Assembly: GCA_949300615.1 (NCBI GenBank) | Contig: CASGEW010000004.1 | Location: forward strand, 1 to 63,201 | Length of the DNA stretch: 63,201 nt | Reading direction: 5' to 3' | From: an uncultured Bacteroidales bacterium | GTDB taxonomy: Bacteria; Bacteroidota; Bacteroidia; Bacteroidales; CHK158-818 | Shown: positions 34,455 through 44,348 of the stretch, one piece after another | Layout of the letters: every line of letters starts with the position of its first letter | Position numbering within the stretch: position 1 is the first letter of the stretch | Position numbers and translations under genes: made by a program | Notes under the pieces: generated by a model | Databases searched by the model: none | The model's input: the letters and a program-made list of their open reading frames with translations, nothing else | Told to the model about the DNA's origin: nothing

Positions 34455-36170
34455 CTATCGAATCATTTTTGAGAAACTATATAAATAGATAATATCCCGT
34501 ATATCATTCCCTTTTTGCGAAGAGATCAACACGGGTTGAAACTCATACGAATCGCCATATTTCACCTGAATGTTCTCAAAATCGTTTTTCCCAACCAACA
34601 GATAACCTTCCGCAGGTTGTTCTTTTTCAAAATCCACCACACGGTCGTTCGCATAAAAGTTAACCACAAAAAATCGCAACATCGGTGTAGCTACATAAGA
34701 ATAGATTTTTCCCTCTGGCACAACTTTTACTACCTCCCGGGCAAAAGGCAACATCGATTTCTGGTTCAATACGCTGGGTAGCACATACGCATCCAACACA
34801 ACCTGGAAACAGAAGAAAAGGGAAACGACAGCATACAAATAACGATTATTGGAACAACAATCTTTTCGGGAGCGATATATCGTCCAGATAGAGGCTACCG
34901 TACAAACAGCCGCCACAATCGCCCAAAATGATACGGAAGAATTTTGCAATGCCAAAATATACTCCGAAACATTTCCCAAAACAGGAATTGCCGAGAGCAA
35001 AACTTCGGCCTTAACAAAACGTACGATCAATAACAAGACCAATACAATTCCTATCAATGACGACAAGAATGTACCGAATATACGCCAAGCAACCTGTTTG
35101 TTCCGGAACAAATAAAACATATATTCTGCCAAAAACAACGCTACAAACGGATAGATAGACATAATGTAAACACTTCGTTTGCTTTTGGGAATACAGAAAA
35201 ATACAAATACGACAACAATGCAAATAAGAGAGTATAACCGGGCATCGCTCATCCCCGTTATGGATTGTTTGAACGCCATCCATTTTTGAGAGGCCTTGCC
35301 TTTCGGCCATTTATAAGACAACGTAAACAAAGAGATCAGTGCCAAGACAGACCACGGAATGAAACCGGCCAATGTGATATAAAAATAATAGATAATGGGT
35401 TGTTCATGAGACTCGTACGACATCTTTCCCATAAACCTCCCGAAATTTTCTTCCATAACCAACGACAAGAATGCATCTCCGCCCTGCTTATATGCCAGGT
35501 AGTACCAGATAGCAGGCAAAATACACGAAACCACTGCGGTAAGGGCACACTTCCACACTACCGTAAAAAATTTTTGGCCCCGTATCAACATAAACAATCC
35601 GATAATGGCACAAGGCAAAACAATGCCTACGGGGCCTTTTGTAAGTGTAGCACACCCCATCAGAATAGCAGAAACAAGGGATATGCCTCGCGCTCCCTTT
35701 TCATTCCATTTGTAGAGTTGTAGAAAAGAGAGTACCATGAACATGGTCATAACCATATCTACCCGCGACGCCATAGCTGCACGGTGAATCTCAAATGTCG
35801 ATATGGTAAGCAATACGCTTAAAAAGGCGGTAGAATTATTTACCCGTTTGGCAAAAAACAGGAAACAACAGATGGCCATCACAATAACGGCGATGGCCGA
35901 AGGTAAACGAGAGGTATATTCGGAAACATACCCTGCCGGTAAAGAAAACAGGGCTATGGCCCAATGGAACAAAGGTGGTTTGTAGGCAATATCTCCTCCA
36001 TTATTAACAGGCAATATCCAATTCTGATGATTCAGCATGGATACGGCTACAATCGCTTCACGCGGTTCTCCCTTGGTATGGAAATTGATAATGCCAATAT
36101 ACGGTAAAAGGGTAAAGATACTGACCAATACCAGAATCAGCAAAAGGGCATTTCTTGTATTTATTTGCAT
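34455..36170 (-). CDS. ArnT-like GT-C glycosyltransferase
   Basis: GEPREA, YKPPLFHW, RLPSA, TKGPVG, KRSVYI; many TM. Confidence 0.88.
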   Translation of the reverse strand: MQINTRNALLLILVLVSIFTLLPYIGIINFHTKGEPREAIVAVSMLNHQNWILPVNNGGDIAYKPPLFHWAIALFSLPAGYVSEYTSRLPSAIAVIVMAICCFLFFAKRVNNSTAFLSVLLTISTFEIHRAAMASRVDMVMTMFMVLSFLQLYKWNEKGARGISLVSAILMGCATLTKGPVGIVLPCAIIGLFMLIRGQKFFTVVWKCALTAVVSCILPAIWYYLAYKQGGDAFLSLVMEENFGRFMGKMSYESHEQPIIYYFYITLAGFIPWSVLALISLFTLSYKWPKGKASQKWMAFKQSITGMSDARLYSLICIVVVFVFFCIPKSKRSVYIMSIYPFVALFLAEYMFYLFRNKQVAWRIFGTFLSSLIGIVLVLLLIVRFVKAEVLLSAIPVLGNVSEYILALQNSSVSFWAIVAAVCTVASIWTIYRSRKDCCSNNRYLYAVVSLFFCFQVVLDAYVLPSVLNQKSMLPFAREVVKVVPEGKIYSYVATPMLRFFVVNFYANDRVVDFEKEQPAEGYLLVGKNDFENIQVKYGDSYEFQPVLISSQKGNDIRDIIYLYSFSKMIR

Positions 36171-36209
36171 AGTAACACAGTATTTCTTCAATAGTGCGGT
36201 TTGAAAAAT

Positions 36210-37151
36210 CTATTTTGTTTCGTCCAGGTTGATTTTTTTGTAAATGATGTATTCCGGCCTGTTTTTCGTCTCATCAAAAATATTCCCGATGTATTCGCCC
36301 AGAATACCAATGGTAAAGAGCTGGACACCTCCTAAAAACAAGATTATGATGACGGTGGACGACCATCCCGGCATGACATTCTCTGCAACAAAAATATGAA
36401 GGTATAAAATCCACAGAACCAATGCAAGTGCTATCAGAATGGAAATACAGCCCAATGAAATGGCCAACCTCAACGGCTTTTTAGAAAAGCCGAAAAGACC
36501 GACCGAAGCTAAACGAATCATTTTTGTCAAGGTATATTTTGTTTCGCCAGCTTTGCGTTCATCCCTATCGTAATAGAACGGGACTTGTTTGAATCCCATC
36601 CAACAGAACAAACCCCGAAGATACTTATGTTTTTCCGGGAACTGTCGGAATGCATCCAACACATAACGGTCTATCAGACGGAAATCGCCCGTATCGACTG
36701 GAAAAGAAAAATCGGACAGTAGATTAAGCCCCCGATAAAAGAGTTTGGCTGTCATTCGCTTAAAAAACGATTCTCCTTTACGTTTTCTGCGAACAGCATA
36801 GACTACGTTGCACTGTTCCCTCTCATAGGTTTCTATCATCTGGGGAATCACCTCGGGGGGGTCCTGCAAATCGGCATCAATAATCACGGCCACATCGCCC
36901 GTACAATGATGCAATCCGGCCGACACGGCATTTTGATGCCCAAAATTCCGGGAAAATGAAATCAGTTTTACCCGGTGGTCGTCTTGGGCAAAACCGGTTA
37001 AAAGTTCTTCTGTCCTATCTTTACTTCCATCGTTTACAAATAACAACTCGTAATCGTAGCTATTCGCTTCCATTACGGCTGTAAACCGTTTATACGAAGT
37101 CGCTATTACCTCCTCTTCGTTGTAACAGGGAATGACAATACTTAATTTCAT
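36210..37151 (-). CDS. GT2 undecaprenyl-phosphate glycosyltransferase (GtrB/ArnC-like)
   Basis: PCYNEE, NDGSKD, SRNFGHQ, DADLQDPP, GDFRL, two C-terminal TM. Confidence 0.93.
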   Translation of the reverse strand: MKLSIVIPCYNEEEVIATSYKRFTAVMEANSYDYELLFVNDGSKDRTEELLTGFAQDDHRVKLISFSRNFGHQNAVSAGLHHCTGDVAVIIDADLQDPPEVIPQMIETYEREQCNVVYAVRRKRKGESFFKRMTAKLFYRGLNLLSDFSFPVDTGDFRLIDRYVLDAFRQFPEKHKYLRGLFCWMGFKQVPFYYDRDERKAGETKYTLTKMIRLASVGLFGFSKKPLRLAISLGCISILIALALVLWILYLHIFVAENVMPGWSSTVIIILFLGGVQLFTIGILGEYIGNIFDETKNRPEYIIYKKINLDETK

Positions 37152-37189
37152 AATACCCGCGTGTTATATTGAAACCAACTGGATACCTG

Positions 37190-37582
37190 TCAGCTCTTGA
37201 ATGTTACACATTTATTCAATACAAAGTTCATAACCGTATATACCCCCATAGCCAATAACTGTGCTAAATAGGAGTTGAGCAAGAAGTGTTCAACCATCAA
37301 CCGAAGTGAGATGAACTGTATCCCGTAACATAGAGCAAATATAGCTAAAAAATAAGCAATCTCCCGAAATACAGCGCCTTCATTTTTCTTAAATACCCAA
37401 AGCTTGTTCCAGATAAAACTGTTGACAATACCGACTGCATATCCACAAATATTAGCAATATACACCCCTACATGGAAAAATGACATCAATACATAAATCA
37501 CAACAAGTGATAAAGCAGTATTAAGCACGCCTACCATGGCGAACTTTATCAACTGTACGGTTGTCTTTTTGGGTATAATCAT
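37190..37582 (-). CDS. GtrA family flippase
   Basis: KFAMVGVLNT, NSFIWNKLWVF, 4 TM. Confidence 0.9.
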   Translation of the reverse strand: MIIPKKTTVQLIKFAMVGVLNTALSLVVIYVLMSFFHVGVYIANICGYAVGIVNSFIWNKLWVFKKNEGAVFREIAYFLAIFALCYGIQFISLRLMVEHFLLNSYLAQLLAMGVYTVMNFVLNKCVTFKS

Positions 37583-37583
37583 A

Positions 37584-38213
37584 TTATGAATCGAGTTCTG
37601 ACTCTTCACCTTTTAAAACAGGTAAAGACAAATGGTATTTTACCGCTACTATCCGTACTACAATGACGCTTGCGGCCGATATAATCTGAGTGGTAACTTC
37701 ATCTAAATTGATCCAGTAACAGGCCCAATAAAACAGTCCACCGATTACACACGCCATGGCATATATATCTTTCCGGAAAATAAGCGGAGCTTCATTGATA
37801 AAAATGTCTCGTAAAACGCCTCCGGCCGAACCGGTAATCGTACCCATCACAATGGCTACCCAGAAAGGATAATCGAGTGCTAACGATTTCTGAATCCCGA
37901 CGACGACAAATAACGCCAAACCTATCGTATCGAAAATAAAAAAGGTATTTTGCAGTCGAATCAGGTATTTCCCGAAAATGATAACCGATAACAACGAAAT
38001 ACCCGTTACGGCCAGATAGATGCTGTTCAACATCCAGAAAGGAGTACATCCTAACATGACATCCCGGATGGTACCACCTCCGATAGCCGTAACCAAACCT
38101 ACCACATAGGCCCCGAACCAGTCGAATTTTTTAGCAGAGGCCAATCTTATACCGCTAATGGCAAAAGCGATTGTCCCCAATATCTCTATAATGGTCAGAA
38201 ACGTACTATCCAT
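37584..38213 (-). CDS. Trimeric intracellular cation channel family (UPF0126)
   Basis: TAIGGGTIRD and GSAGGVLRD duplicated motifs. Confidence 0.92.
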   Translation of the reverse strand: MDSTFLTIIEILGTIAFAISGIRLASAKKFDWFGAYVVGLVTAIGGGTIRDVMLGCTPFWMLNSIYLAVTGISLLSVIIFGKYLIRLQNTFFIFDTIGLALFVVVGIQKSLALDYPFWVAIVMGTITGSAGGVLRDIFINEAPLIFRKDIYAMACVIGGLFYWACYWINLDEVTTQIISAASVIVVRIVAVKYHLSLPVLKGEESELDS

Positions 38214-38354
38214 ATATTACAAAATTGCCACAAAAGTAAGAAGATTCTGCCACTACGGAAAGAATTTATCCGATTTGATACAATTTTTCTTTGGTTCGAC
38301 AACCTTTTAGCCGTTGCAATCGTTCTGCTTGAAAGATATTTACTGTTTCAACAT

Positions 38355-39084
38355 ATGACATTGATAACCGACGTCCAGAATGCTCCTGGCAAACAGATAC
38401 TAAACGCTTTTCTCGAACAAAAAGTCGATGATATCCGAATACATCATATACATCAGTTCTATCCTGACCGGGAGCTCTTCCTGTATCCCGGCCCGAGAGA
38501 ATGTCGAAACAGAAACGGCTATCCGAAACTCGGGCATCTTATATACCATATTCCGGCGGAATATTCTTATGGAACAGATGCCTATCTTTATCGGGAATCC
38601 TCTATCTTCGGGAAAAATCCTATTTCCCGCCGGGAACGGACGTATCAGTTTTACCTCGTCCGATGCCATCGCCCGGGTAGTAACTTTCTTTACGAGAAGT
38701 AAACCCAAGGTAAGTGCAACCTACAAAATATCGAGTGATATCTCTTACTCCTTCACCGATATTGCCAACATATTATCGGCCATCTCGGAGATGCCGATTT
38801 GTTACTCTCCGGTCGAACGCTCTTTTTTCAGGAAATCGTTATTGAATGATTCTATTCCGATAACATGGACCGACAGAATTGTATCGGTGGCAAAATCAAT
38901 CGAAATGAACGAATTCGATCTCCCCGACTTTACCCTGTTCCGATTGTTGGAAAGAGCAAAAAAAGAGCAGGAAAAGATTTCCAAGAGGTCGCTCTCCTAT
39001 TGGCTGGGCAGAGAACAAGAAAGGGTACATACGGGGAAAAACAAAAACCTCTCCGATTATCTCAAAGAGGTCTATCTTTCCTAA
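38355..39084 (+). pseudogene. Degenerate NmrA/QorB-like SDR oxidoreductase
   Basis: Decayed N-terminus in one frame; IIYISS, ETETAIRNSGILYTIFR, AGNGRISF in another; most of the Rossmann fold is absent. Confidence 0.55.
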
Positions 39085-39094
39085 TGACAAACAG

Positions 39095-39550
39095 CTATTG
39101 CAACTCGCGGATGATTTCGTGTACCGTATCCACGACCTGAGGAAGTGCCTTTTCAACCGGAGGAGAGAGCTCCATACCGATCTCCTGTACATCCCGTGCC
39201 GAAACGACGACCAAATCAATTTCCGGAATATTCTCTTGCAAGACCATGGCATCTATCATATCTTTCAATCCTACCTCGTGAGCGCTCATCAACCGGGGAT
39301 AATCGGCCGAATATTTGGGTTTTAGCCGCCTTACCGTACCGGGAGGACGGGTATCGAGGGTAGCATCGATCATAATAACATGGTCGTATTGCTGCAAAAT
39401 ACCGATCATAAATATACCTCCCGTCCCTCCATCTAAAACATCTATGCCGGCAGGTATTCCTGTTTGTTGTATTCGATGAACGGCATGGATACCGACTCCT
39501 TCATCTTTAAGTACCCAATTTCCCAAACCCAGGACCAAAATCCGATTCAT
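39095..39550 (-). CDS. hyaD: Hydrogenase maturation protease
   Basis: GLGNWVLKDEGVG, DGGT, SAHEVGL. Confidence 0.92.
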   Translation of the reverse strand: MNRILVLGLGNWVLKDEGVGIHAVHRIQQTGIPAGIDVLDGGTGGIFMIGILQQYDHVIMIDATLDTRPPGTVRRLKPKYSADYPRLMSAHEVGLKDMIDAMVLQENIPEIDLVVVSARDVQEIGMELSPPVEKALPQVVDTVHEIIRELQ

Positions 39551-40326
39551 GCATTTATCTCCTTTTCCCTTTTCTTATGTGCTGTTTCCTCCATTTTTTT
39601 ATCCAAAGACAATTGCTTTTTTCTCTTCTCTTCGGACAAGAATTGTTCTACAATTTTTTCATTTATAAATTTCCAACCGCCTATCATGGAGGAGGCTATC
39701 CCGTTGCGCTCAATATAGTCGTGGTAAAAAACCAGATATACGTGTACGATGATAAACAACACGAAAAACCACATCAAGATATGGTGGATGTTACGAACCG
39801 GAAAGAACCCATTCATGCTGATCAACAAATCCTGAAAATAGGGAGCATACCACGCATCGCTGGATGCACTGAACATGGAAAATCCGGTAACAATCTGAAC
39901 AATGGATACGACCAACAGGCCGAAATAGGTAAAGGCGGCCAGGGAGTTGTGCCCAATGTCGTAAACCGGTTTGGGAGTCAGCAACAACACATCCACCTTT
40001 ATAGTCTCAAAAATGCCGTTAATTTGTTTGCGGGTAATCGGAATAAAATTGTTCCACCGGGCAAAAACATTGCCTGCAAAGGCCCAGTATATACGTACCG
40101 CCAAATTGATTACAAATATAAAAGCGGCGATGAAATGTGCTAATCTCACCCACCCGAACCAATAATTAAACTCCGGTGCCGTACCGTGCATAATGGCAGG
40201 CGGGTCTCCGATAATAAATCCGGTTACAATCAAAACGGTAATTGTAAAGGCATTTACCCAATGGAAAATACGTACGGGCAGTTGCCATACATATACTTCT
40301 CTCAACGACGGTTTTCGACTAATCAT
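39547..40326 (-). CDS. hyaC: Ni/Fe-hydrogenase cytochrome b subunit
   Basis: WQLPVRIFHW, RLAHF, GHNSLA, HHILMW, VHVY heme-ligand histidines. Confidence 0.93.
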   Translation of the reverse strand: MISRKPSLREVYVWQLPVRIFHWVNAFTITVLIVTGFIIGDPPAIMHGTAPEFNYWFGWVRLAHFIAAFIFVINLAVRIYWAFAGNVFARWNNFIPITRKQINGIFETIKVDVLLLTPKPVYDIGHNSLAAFTYFGLLVVSIVQIVTGFSMFSASSDAWYAPYFQDLLISMNGFFPVRNIHHILMWFFVLFIIVHVYLVFYHDYIERNGIASSMIGGWKFINEKIVEQFLSEEKRKKQLSLDKKMEETAHKKREKEINA

Positions 40327-40338
40327 ATCCTGGTGTTT

Positions 40339-42057
40339 TTACATACAATCTAACTGATGGACGAATGAACCTTTTTCGTCATACAAATGAACGGCGCAGG
40401 CCAAACAGGGATCGAACGAATGAATCGTTCTGATAATTTCCAACGGTACAGAGGGGTCGAATACGGGTGTCCCTATCAACGAAGCCTCGAATGCAGAATG
40501 TTGTCCTTTGGTATCGCGGGGAGAACCGTTCCAGGTAGTGGGGACTACCATCTGATACCGGGACACTTTCTTGTCCGATATGTCCACGTAATGGGCCAAA
40601 GAGCCCCGGGGCGCTTCGGTAAGCCCGTATCCTTGGGCTTTCTTGGGCCAGGTAGAGGGTTCCCAATAGGTGTTATTGAACATCCGGTAATCTCCCGACT
40701 TGATGTTACTTAACAACTGGCGATAGAAATCGCCCATCCAATCGGCCACCAACGAAGACTCCATGGCACGTGCCAATGTTCTCCCTACGGTAGAATAAAG
40801 GGCCTCCAACGGCACATTCAATTGGGCCAGGCACTTGTCTGTAAGCTCCTTATACGGTTCGTACCCAGAGGCATACCCGACAATGAAGCGAGCCAGAGGC
40901 CCGGTCTCCATGGGCATTCCTTTATAACGGGGCGTTTTAATCCAGCTATACGGTTTATCTACGTCCAGGTATTCGTATGGAGGCGTAGGCCCGGTATAAT
41001 CCAATACCGTTTCGCCCACCGAAGGGTGAAGCCCTACATCTTTTCCTTCGGCATACTTGTACCACGAGTTATTGACAAACTCCTGCAATCCATCCATATC
41101 GGTAGGGTCAAACGGCTCTACGTGGGACAGGTCCCGATCTACAACAATTCCTCGGGGACTTTTGTAGGTTGGCAGCTCGCCGTAATTTCCCATCGGGAAA
41201 TCTCCATATGAGATGTAATTTCTCAATCCTCCGCCTATTTTAGTCCACTCCGGATAGTACGAGGCGATGGCCAACACGTCGGGCAGATAAACTTGCTGGG
41301 CAAATTGTTGCGTCTCTTCGATAATCTCCGCTACATAGCTCAATCGTTCCAGATTCAACGCATTCGGGTCGTTTATATTCACGGCACAGGCCATCCCGCC
41401 AACCAGGAAATTGGGATGCGGGTTTTTCCCTCCGAATATGGTTTGGATTTTTACAATATCTTTCTGTACTTCAAGCGCCTCCAAATAGTGGGCAACTCCT
41501 AACAGATTTACTGCCGGCGGCAATTTATAGGCTGGATGACCCCAATACCCGTTAGCAAAGATTCCCAGCTGGCTGGTATCCATGAAGTTCTTAATTTTTT
41601 TCTGTATATCGGCAAAATACCCAACAGAACTTTTGGGCCAGGGCGATATGCTCTGGGCAATTGCCGAGGTTTCTTTGGGATCGGCTTTTAGGGCAGAAAC
41701 AACATCGACCCAATCCAACGCCTGCAACTGGTAGAAATGTACCACATGATCCTGTTCCATCAAAGCTGCCTGCATCAGGTTCCGTACCATCTCGGCATTG
41801 GGAGGTACGACAATTCCCAACGCATTTTCGACAGCCCGTACCGAGCACAACGAATGGATAGAGGTGCATACCCCGCATACCCGGCCGACATAGGCCCAAA
41901 CTTCCCGCGGATCGCGGCCTTGTGCTATCAATTCCAATCCGCGTATCATCGTTCCGGAGCTGTACGCATCTTTGATGATTCCGTTTTCTACATCGGCCTC
42001 AATACGTAAATGTCCCTCTATGCGGGTAACCGGATCTACTACGATTCTTTTTGCCAT
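40339..42057 (-). CDS. hyaB: [NiFe]-hydrogenase large subunit (group 1)
   Basis: DPVTRIEGH, RVCGVC, GGKNPH, EAPRG, SFDPCLACAVH plus cleavable tail. Confidence 0.97.
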   Translation of the reverse strand: MAKRIVVDPVTRIEGHLRIEADVENGIIKDAYSSGTMIRGLELIAQGRDPREVWAYVGRVCGVCTSIHSLCSVRAVENALGIVVPPNAEMVRNLMQAALMEQDHVVHFYQLQALDWVDVVSALKADPKETSAIAQSISPWPKSSVGYFADIQKKIKNFMDTSQLGIFANGYWGHPAYKLPPAVNLLGVAHYLEALEVQKDIVKIQTIFGGKNPHPNFLVGGMACAVNINDPNALNLERLSYVAEIIEETQQFAQQVYLPDVLAIASYYPEWTKIGGGLRNYISYGDFPMGNYGELPTYKSPRGIVVDRDLSHVEPFDPTDMDGLQEFVNNSWYKYAEGKDVGLHPSVGETVLDYTGPTPPYEYLDVDKPYSWIKTPRYKGMPMETGPLARFIVGYASGYEPYKELTDKCLAQLNVPLEALYSTVGRTLARAMESSLVADWMGDFYRQLLSNIKSGDYRMFNNTYWEPSTWPKKAQGYGLTEAPRGSLAHYVDISDKKVSRYQMVVPTTWNGSPRDTKGQHSAFEASLIGTPVFDPSVPLEIIRTIHSFDPCLACAVHLYDEKGSFVHQLDCM

Positions 42058-42098
42058 ATTCTGTTCTGTTTTAATACTGCATTAATTCGTTTTTTTAA

Positions 42099-43277
42099 CT
42101 ATTCCCCCTTCTCCTTTTTTTCACGATCGGCCATTTGCCTGCGTTCCTCCTCCATCCGGGCTTTTTGACGTTCATATTCTTCGGTATTGATACTGATGTC
42201 GTCCAACTGGTTCTTTATCAGTTTGCGTTTCTGGATATTGGTAACTACGGCATGCACCAAGACACCTCCCAAGGTAACGGCACCAAGGGCAGCCCCTATT
42301 TGGTCGGATGTAGCCTCTATGCCGATACCGTGAACATCGGGAATATGGCTGTACAACGGAGCATAATCCCAAAAATCGGGTTCTGCACATCCGATACATC
42401 CGTGCCCGGACTGGATGGGATAACTGATGCAATTATTCCATTTGATTACGGCGCAGGAGTTGAACGTATTAGGCCCTTTGCATCCCATATAATAGAGACA
42501 ATATCCTTTCTTGGCATTCTCATCGTCGAACGACTGTACAAAAAGTCCCGCATCATAGGCAGGACGCCTGTAACAAGTGTCGTGTACCCGACGGCCGTAA
42601 AACACTTTCGGACGACCCATGTTATCGAGCTCGGGCAATCGGTCGAACGTCAAGATATAGGTAATGACCCCAGCCATCACATCTGCAATGGGAGGACACC
42701 CCTGTACGTTGATCACCGGTTTACCGGAAAAGATTTTATGCACCGGTTCCGTCTCCGTGGGATTGGGACGTGCCCGTTGAATACATCCCGACGAAGCACA
42801 GTTTCCCCATGCAATAATCGCTTCGGCCCCGGCAGCACTCTCGTCGAACACCTGTTTGGCCGACCGGCCGGCAATCGTACAATAGCCGGGACTGCCCAAC
42901 GGAATAGAGCCTTCTACAATCAGGATATACTTCCCGTAATTTTTCTTCATCGACTCGGCTTTTACCGCCTCGGCCTGTTCTCCGGAAGCGGCCATCAAGG
43001 TATCGGAATAATCCAACGAAATCATTTCCAACAGAATCTGTCCCACCAGCGGATGCGACGCTCTTATAAACGACTCGCTGCAACAGGTACACTCCTGGAA
43101 ATGTTCCCAGATAACCGGTTTACGAGGTTTGGTTTGCAATGCGTCGATAATCTGAGCAACACCGGTACTCTGCAATCCCAACATTCCTCCTACCAAACCA
43201 CAAAATTTCAAAAAATCACGGCGGGAATATCCCTTTTCGATCAACTCCTGATAAAACGTTTTGTTTGTAGTATCCAT
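42099..43277 (-). CDS. hyaA: [NiFe]-hydrogenase small subunit
   Basis: Tat signal SRRDFLK, ECTCCSES, GNCASSGC, GCPP, GCKGP, HGCIGC, C-terminal TM. Confidence 0.97.
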   Translation of the reverse strand: MDTTNKTFYQELIEKGYSRRDFLKFCGLVGGMLGLQSTGVAQIIDALQTKPRKPVIWEHFQECTCCSESFIRASHPLVGQILLEMISLDYSDTLMAASGEQAEAVKAESMKKNYGKYILIVEGSIPLGSPGYCTIAGRSAKQVFDESAAGAEAIIAWGNCASSGCIQRARPNPTETEPVHKIFSGKPVINVQGCPPIADVMAGVITYILTFDRLPELDNMGRPKVFYGRRVHDTCYRRPAYDAGLFVQSFDDENAKKGYCLYYMGCKGPNTFNSCAVIKWNNCISYPIQSGHGCIGCAEPDFWDYAPLYSHIPDVHGIGIEATSDQIGAALGAVTLGGVLVHAVVTNIQKRKLIKNQLDDISINTEEYERQKARMEEERRQMADREKKEKGE

Positions 43278-43295
43278 AGGGCAATTTATTTAATA

Positions 43296-44348
43296 TCAAC
43301 AAATACGAGGCAACTGTTCTCCCGATATGACATCCACGATACGATGTCCTCCATACAGGGTTTTCAACGTTACTATTCCTGCACTTTTTTCGCTAACACG
43401 GCCTATTACGGCCGCATTTCTCCCCAAATCGCCGTTCTGTAAAATCCGGACAGCTTCCCGGGCGTGCGGCTCGGGGACAAAAATCAAAACAATCCCTTCG
43501 TTGGCCACGCACAGCGGATCGAGTCCCAACAAATCGCACGCAGCCCATACCGGCTGGCTTATCGGCAACTGTGTTTCGTCTATCTCTATCGTTACCTGTG
43601 CCTTTCGTGCTATCTCATTCAACGTGGCAGATACTCCTCCCCGGGTAGGATCTCGCAAAAGATGAATATTCGGGACAGCTGACAGCAGATTGGTTATCAG
43701 ACCGTTCAACGGTGCCGTATCGCTCTTTAATTCCGATTCAAACCCCAAGCTGTCGCGCGTGGAAAGAATGGTTATTCCGTGCTCTCCTATCAACCCGCTG
43801 ACAATCACGACATCGCCCGGTACAACGTTCGTCGGGGAGATATGGATACCGTCAGGGACTATCCCCAGGCCGGAAGTATTGATATATATCCCGTCTCCAT
43901 TCCCTTTTTCCACCACCTTGGTATCGCCGGTAATGATCTCCACTCCGGCTTTTCGGGCGGCAGACGACATGGTATTGACAATTCGCTGCAAATCGGCCAT
44001 CGGAAACCCCTCTTCCAAAATGAATCCCGTCGTCAGGTATTTCGGAATAGCTCCGCAACAGGCCAAATCGTTTACCGTACCGTTGATGGCAAGGTCTCCG
44101 ATATTGCCTCCGGGAAAGAAGAGCGGATTGACTACAAACGAATCGGTTGTCATGGCCAAGCGATCGCCTCGTACGGGAATGATCGCTCCATCGTGTTCTT
44201 GTGCCAAATATTTATTCTTAAAAGCAGGGAAAAATATCTTGTCAATCAGCTGTTGTGTCAGCTTTCCCCCGCCTCCATGCGCCAATATTACCTGCTCATA
44301 CCGAGCGATGGGTAACGGACAAGCCTGCTTTAATTGGGTTTCTGTCAT
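43296..44348 (-). CDS. hypE: Hydrogenase maturation protein HypE
   Basis: HGGGG, TTDSF, GDTKVV, RDPTRGG, terminal PRIC. Confidence 0.96.
   Translation of the reverse strand: MTETQLKQACPLPIARYEQVILAHGGGGKLTQQLIDKIFFPAFKNKYLAQEHDGAIIPVRGDRLAMTTDSFVVNPLFFPGGNIGDLAINGTVNDLACCGAIPKYLTTGFILEEGFPMADLQRIVNTMSSAARKAGVEIITGDTKVVEKGNGDGIYINTSGLGIVPDGIHISPTNVVPGDVVIVSGLIGEHGITILSTRDSLGFESELKSDTAPLNGLITNLLSAVPNIHLLRDPTRGGVSATLNEIARKAQVTIEIDETQLPISQPVWAACDLLGLDPLCVANEGIVLIFVPEPHAREAVRILQNGDLGRNAAVIGRVSEKSAGIVTLKTLYGGHRIVDVISGEQLPRIC

Noticed and set aside
40380-40425. Selenocysteine ([NiFeSe]) hydrogenase
   Set aside because: The L2 motif is DPCLAC with ordinary Cys codons and no in-frame TGA
42135-43442. 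435-aa plus-strand ORF
   Set aside because: Antisense shadow of the hydrogenase small subunit and hypE; no recognisable motifs
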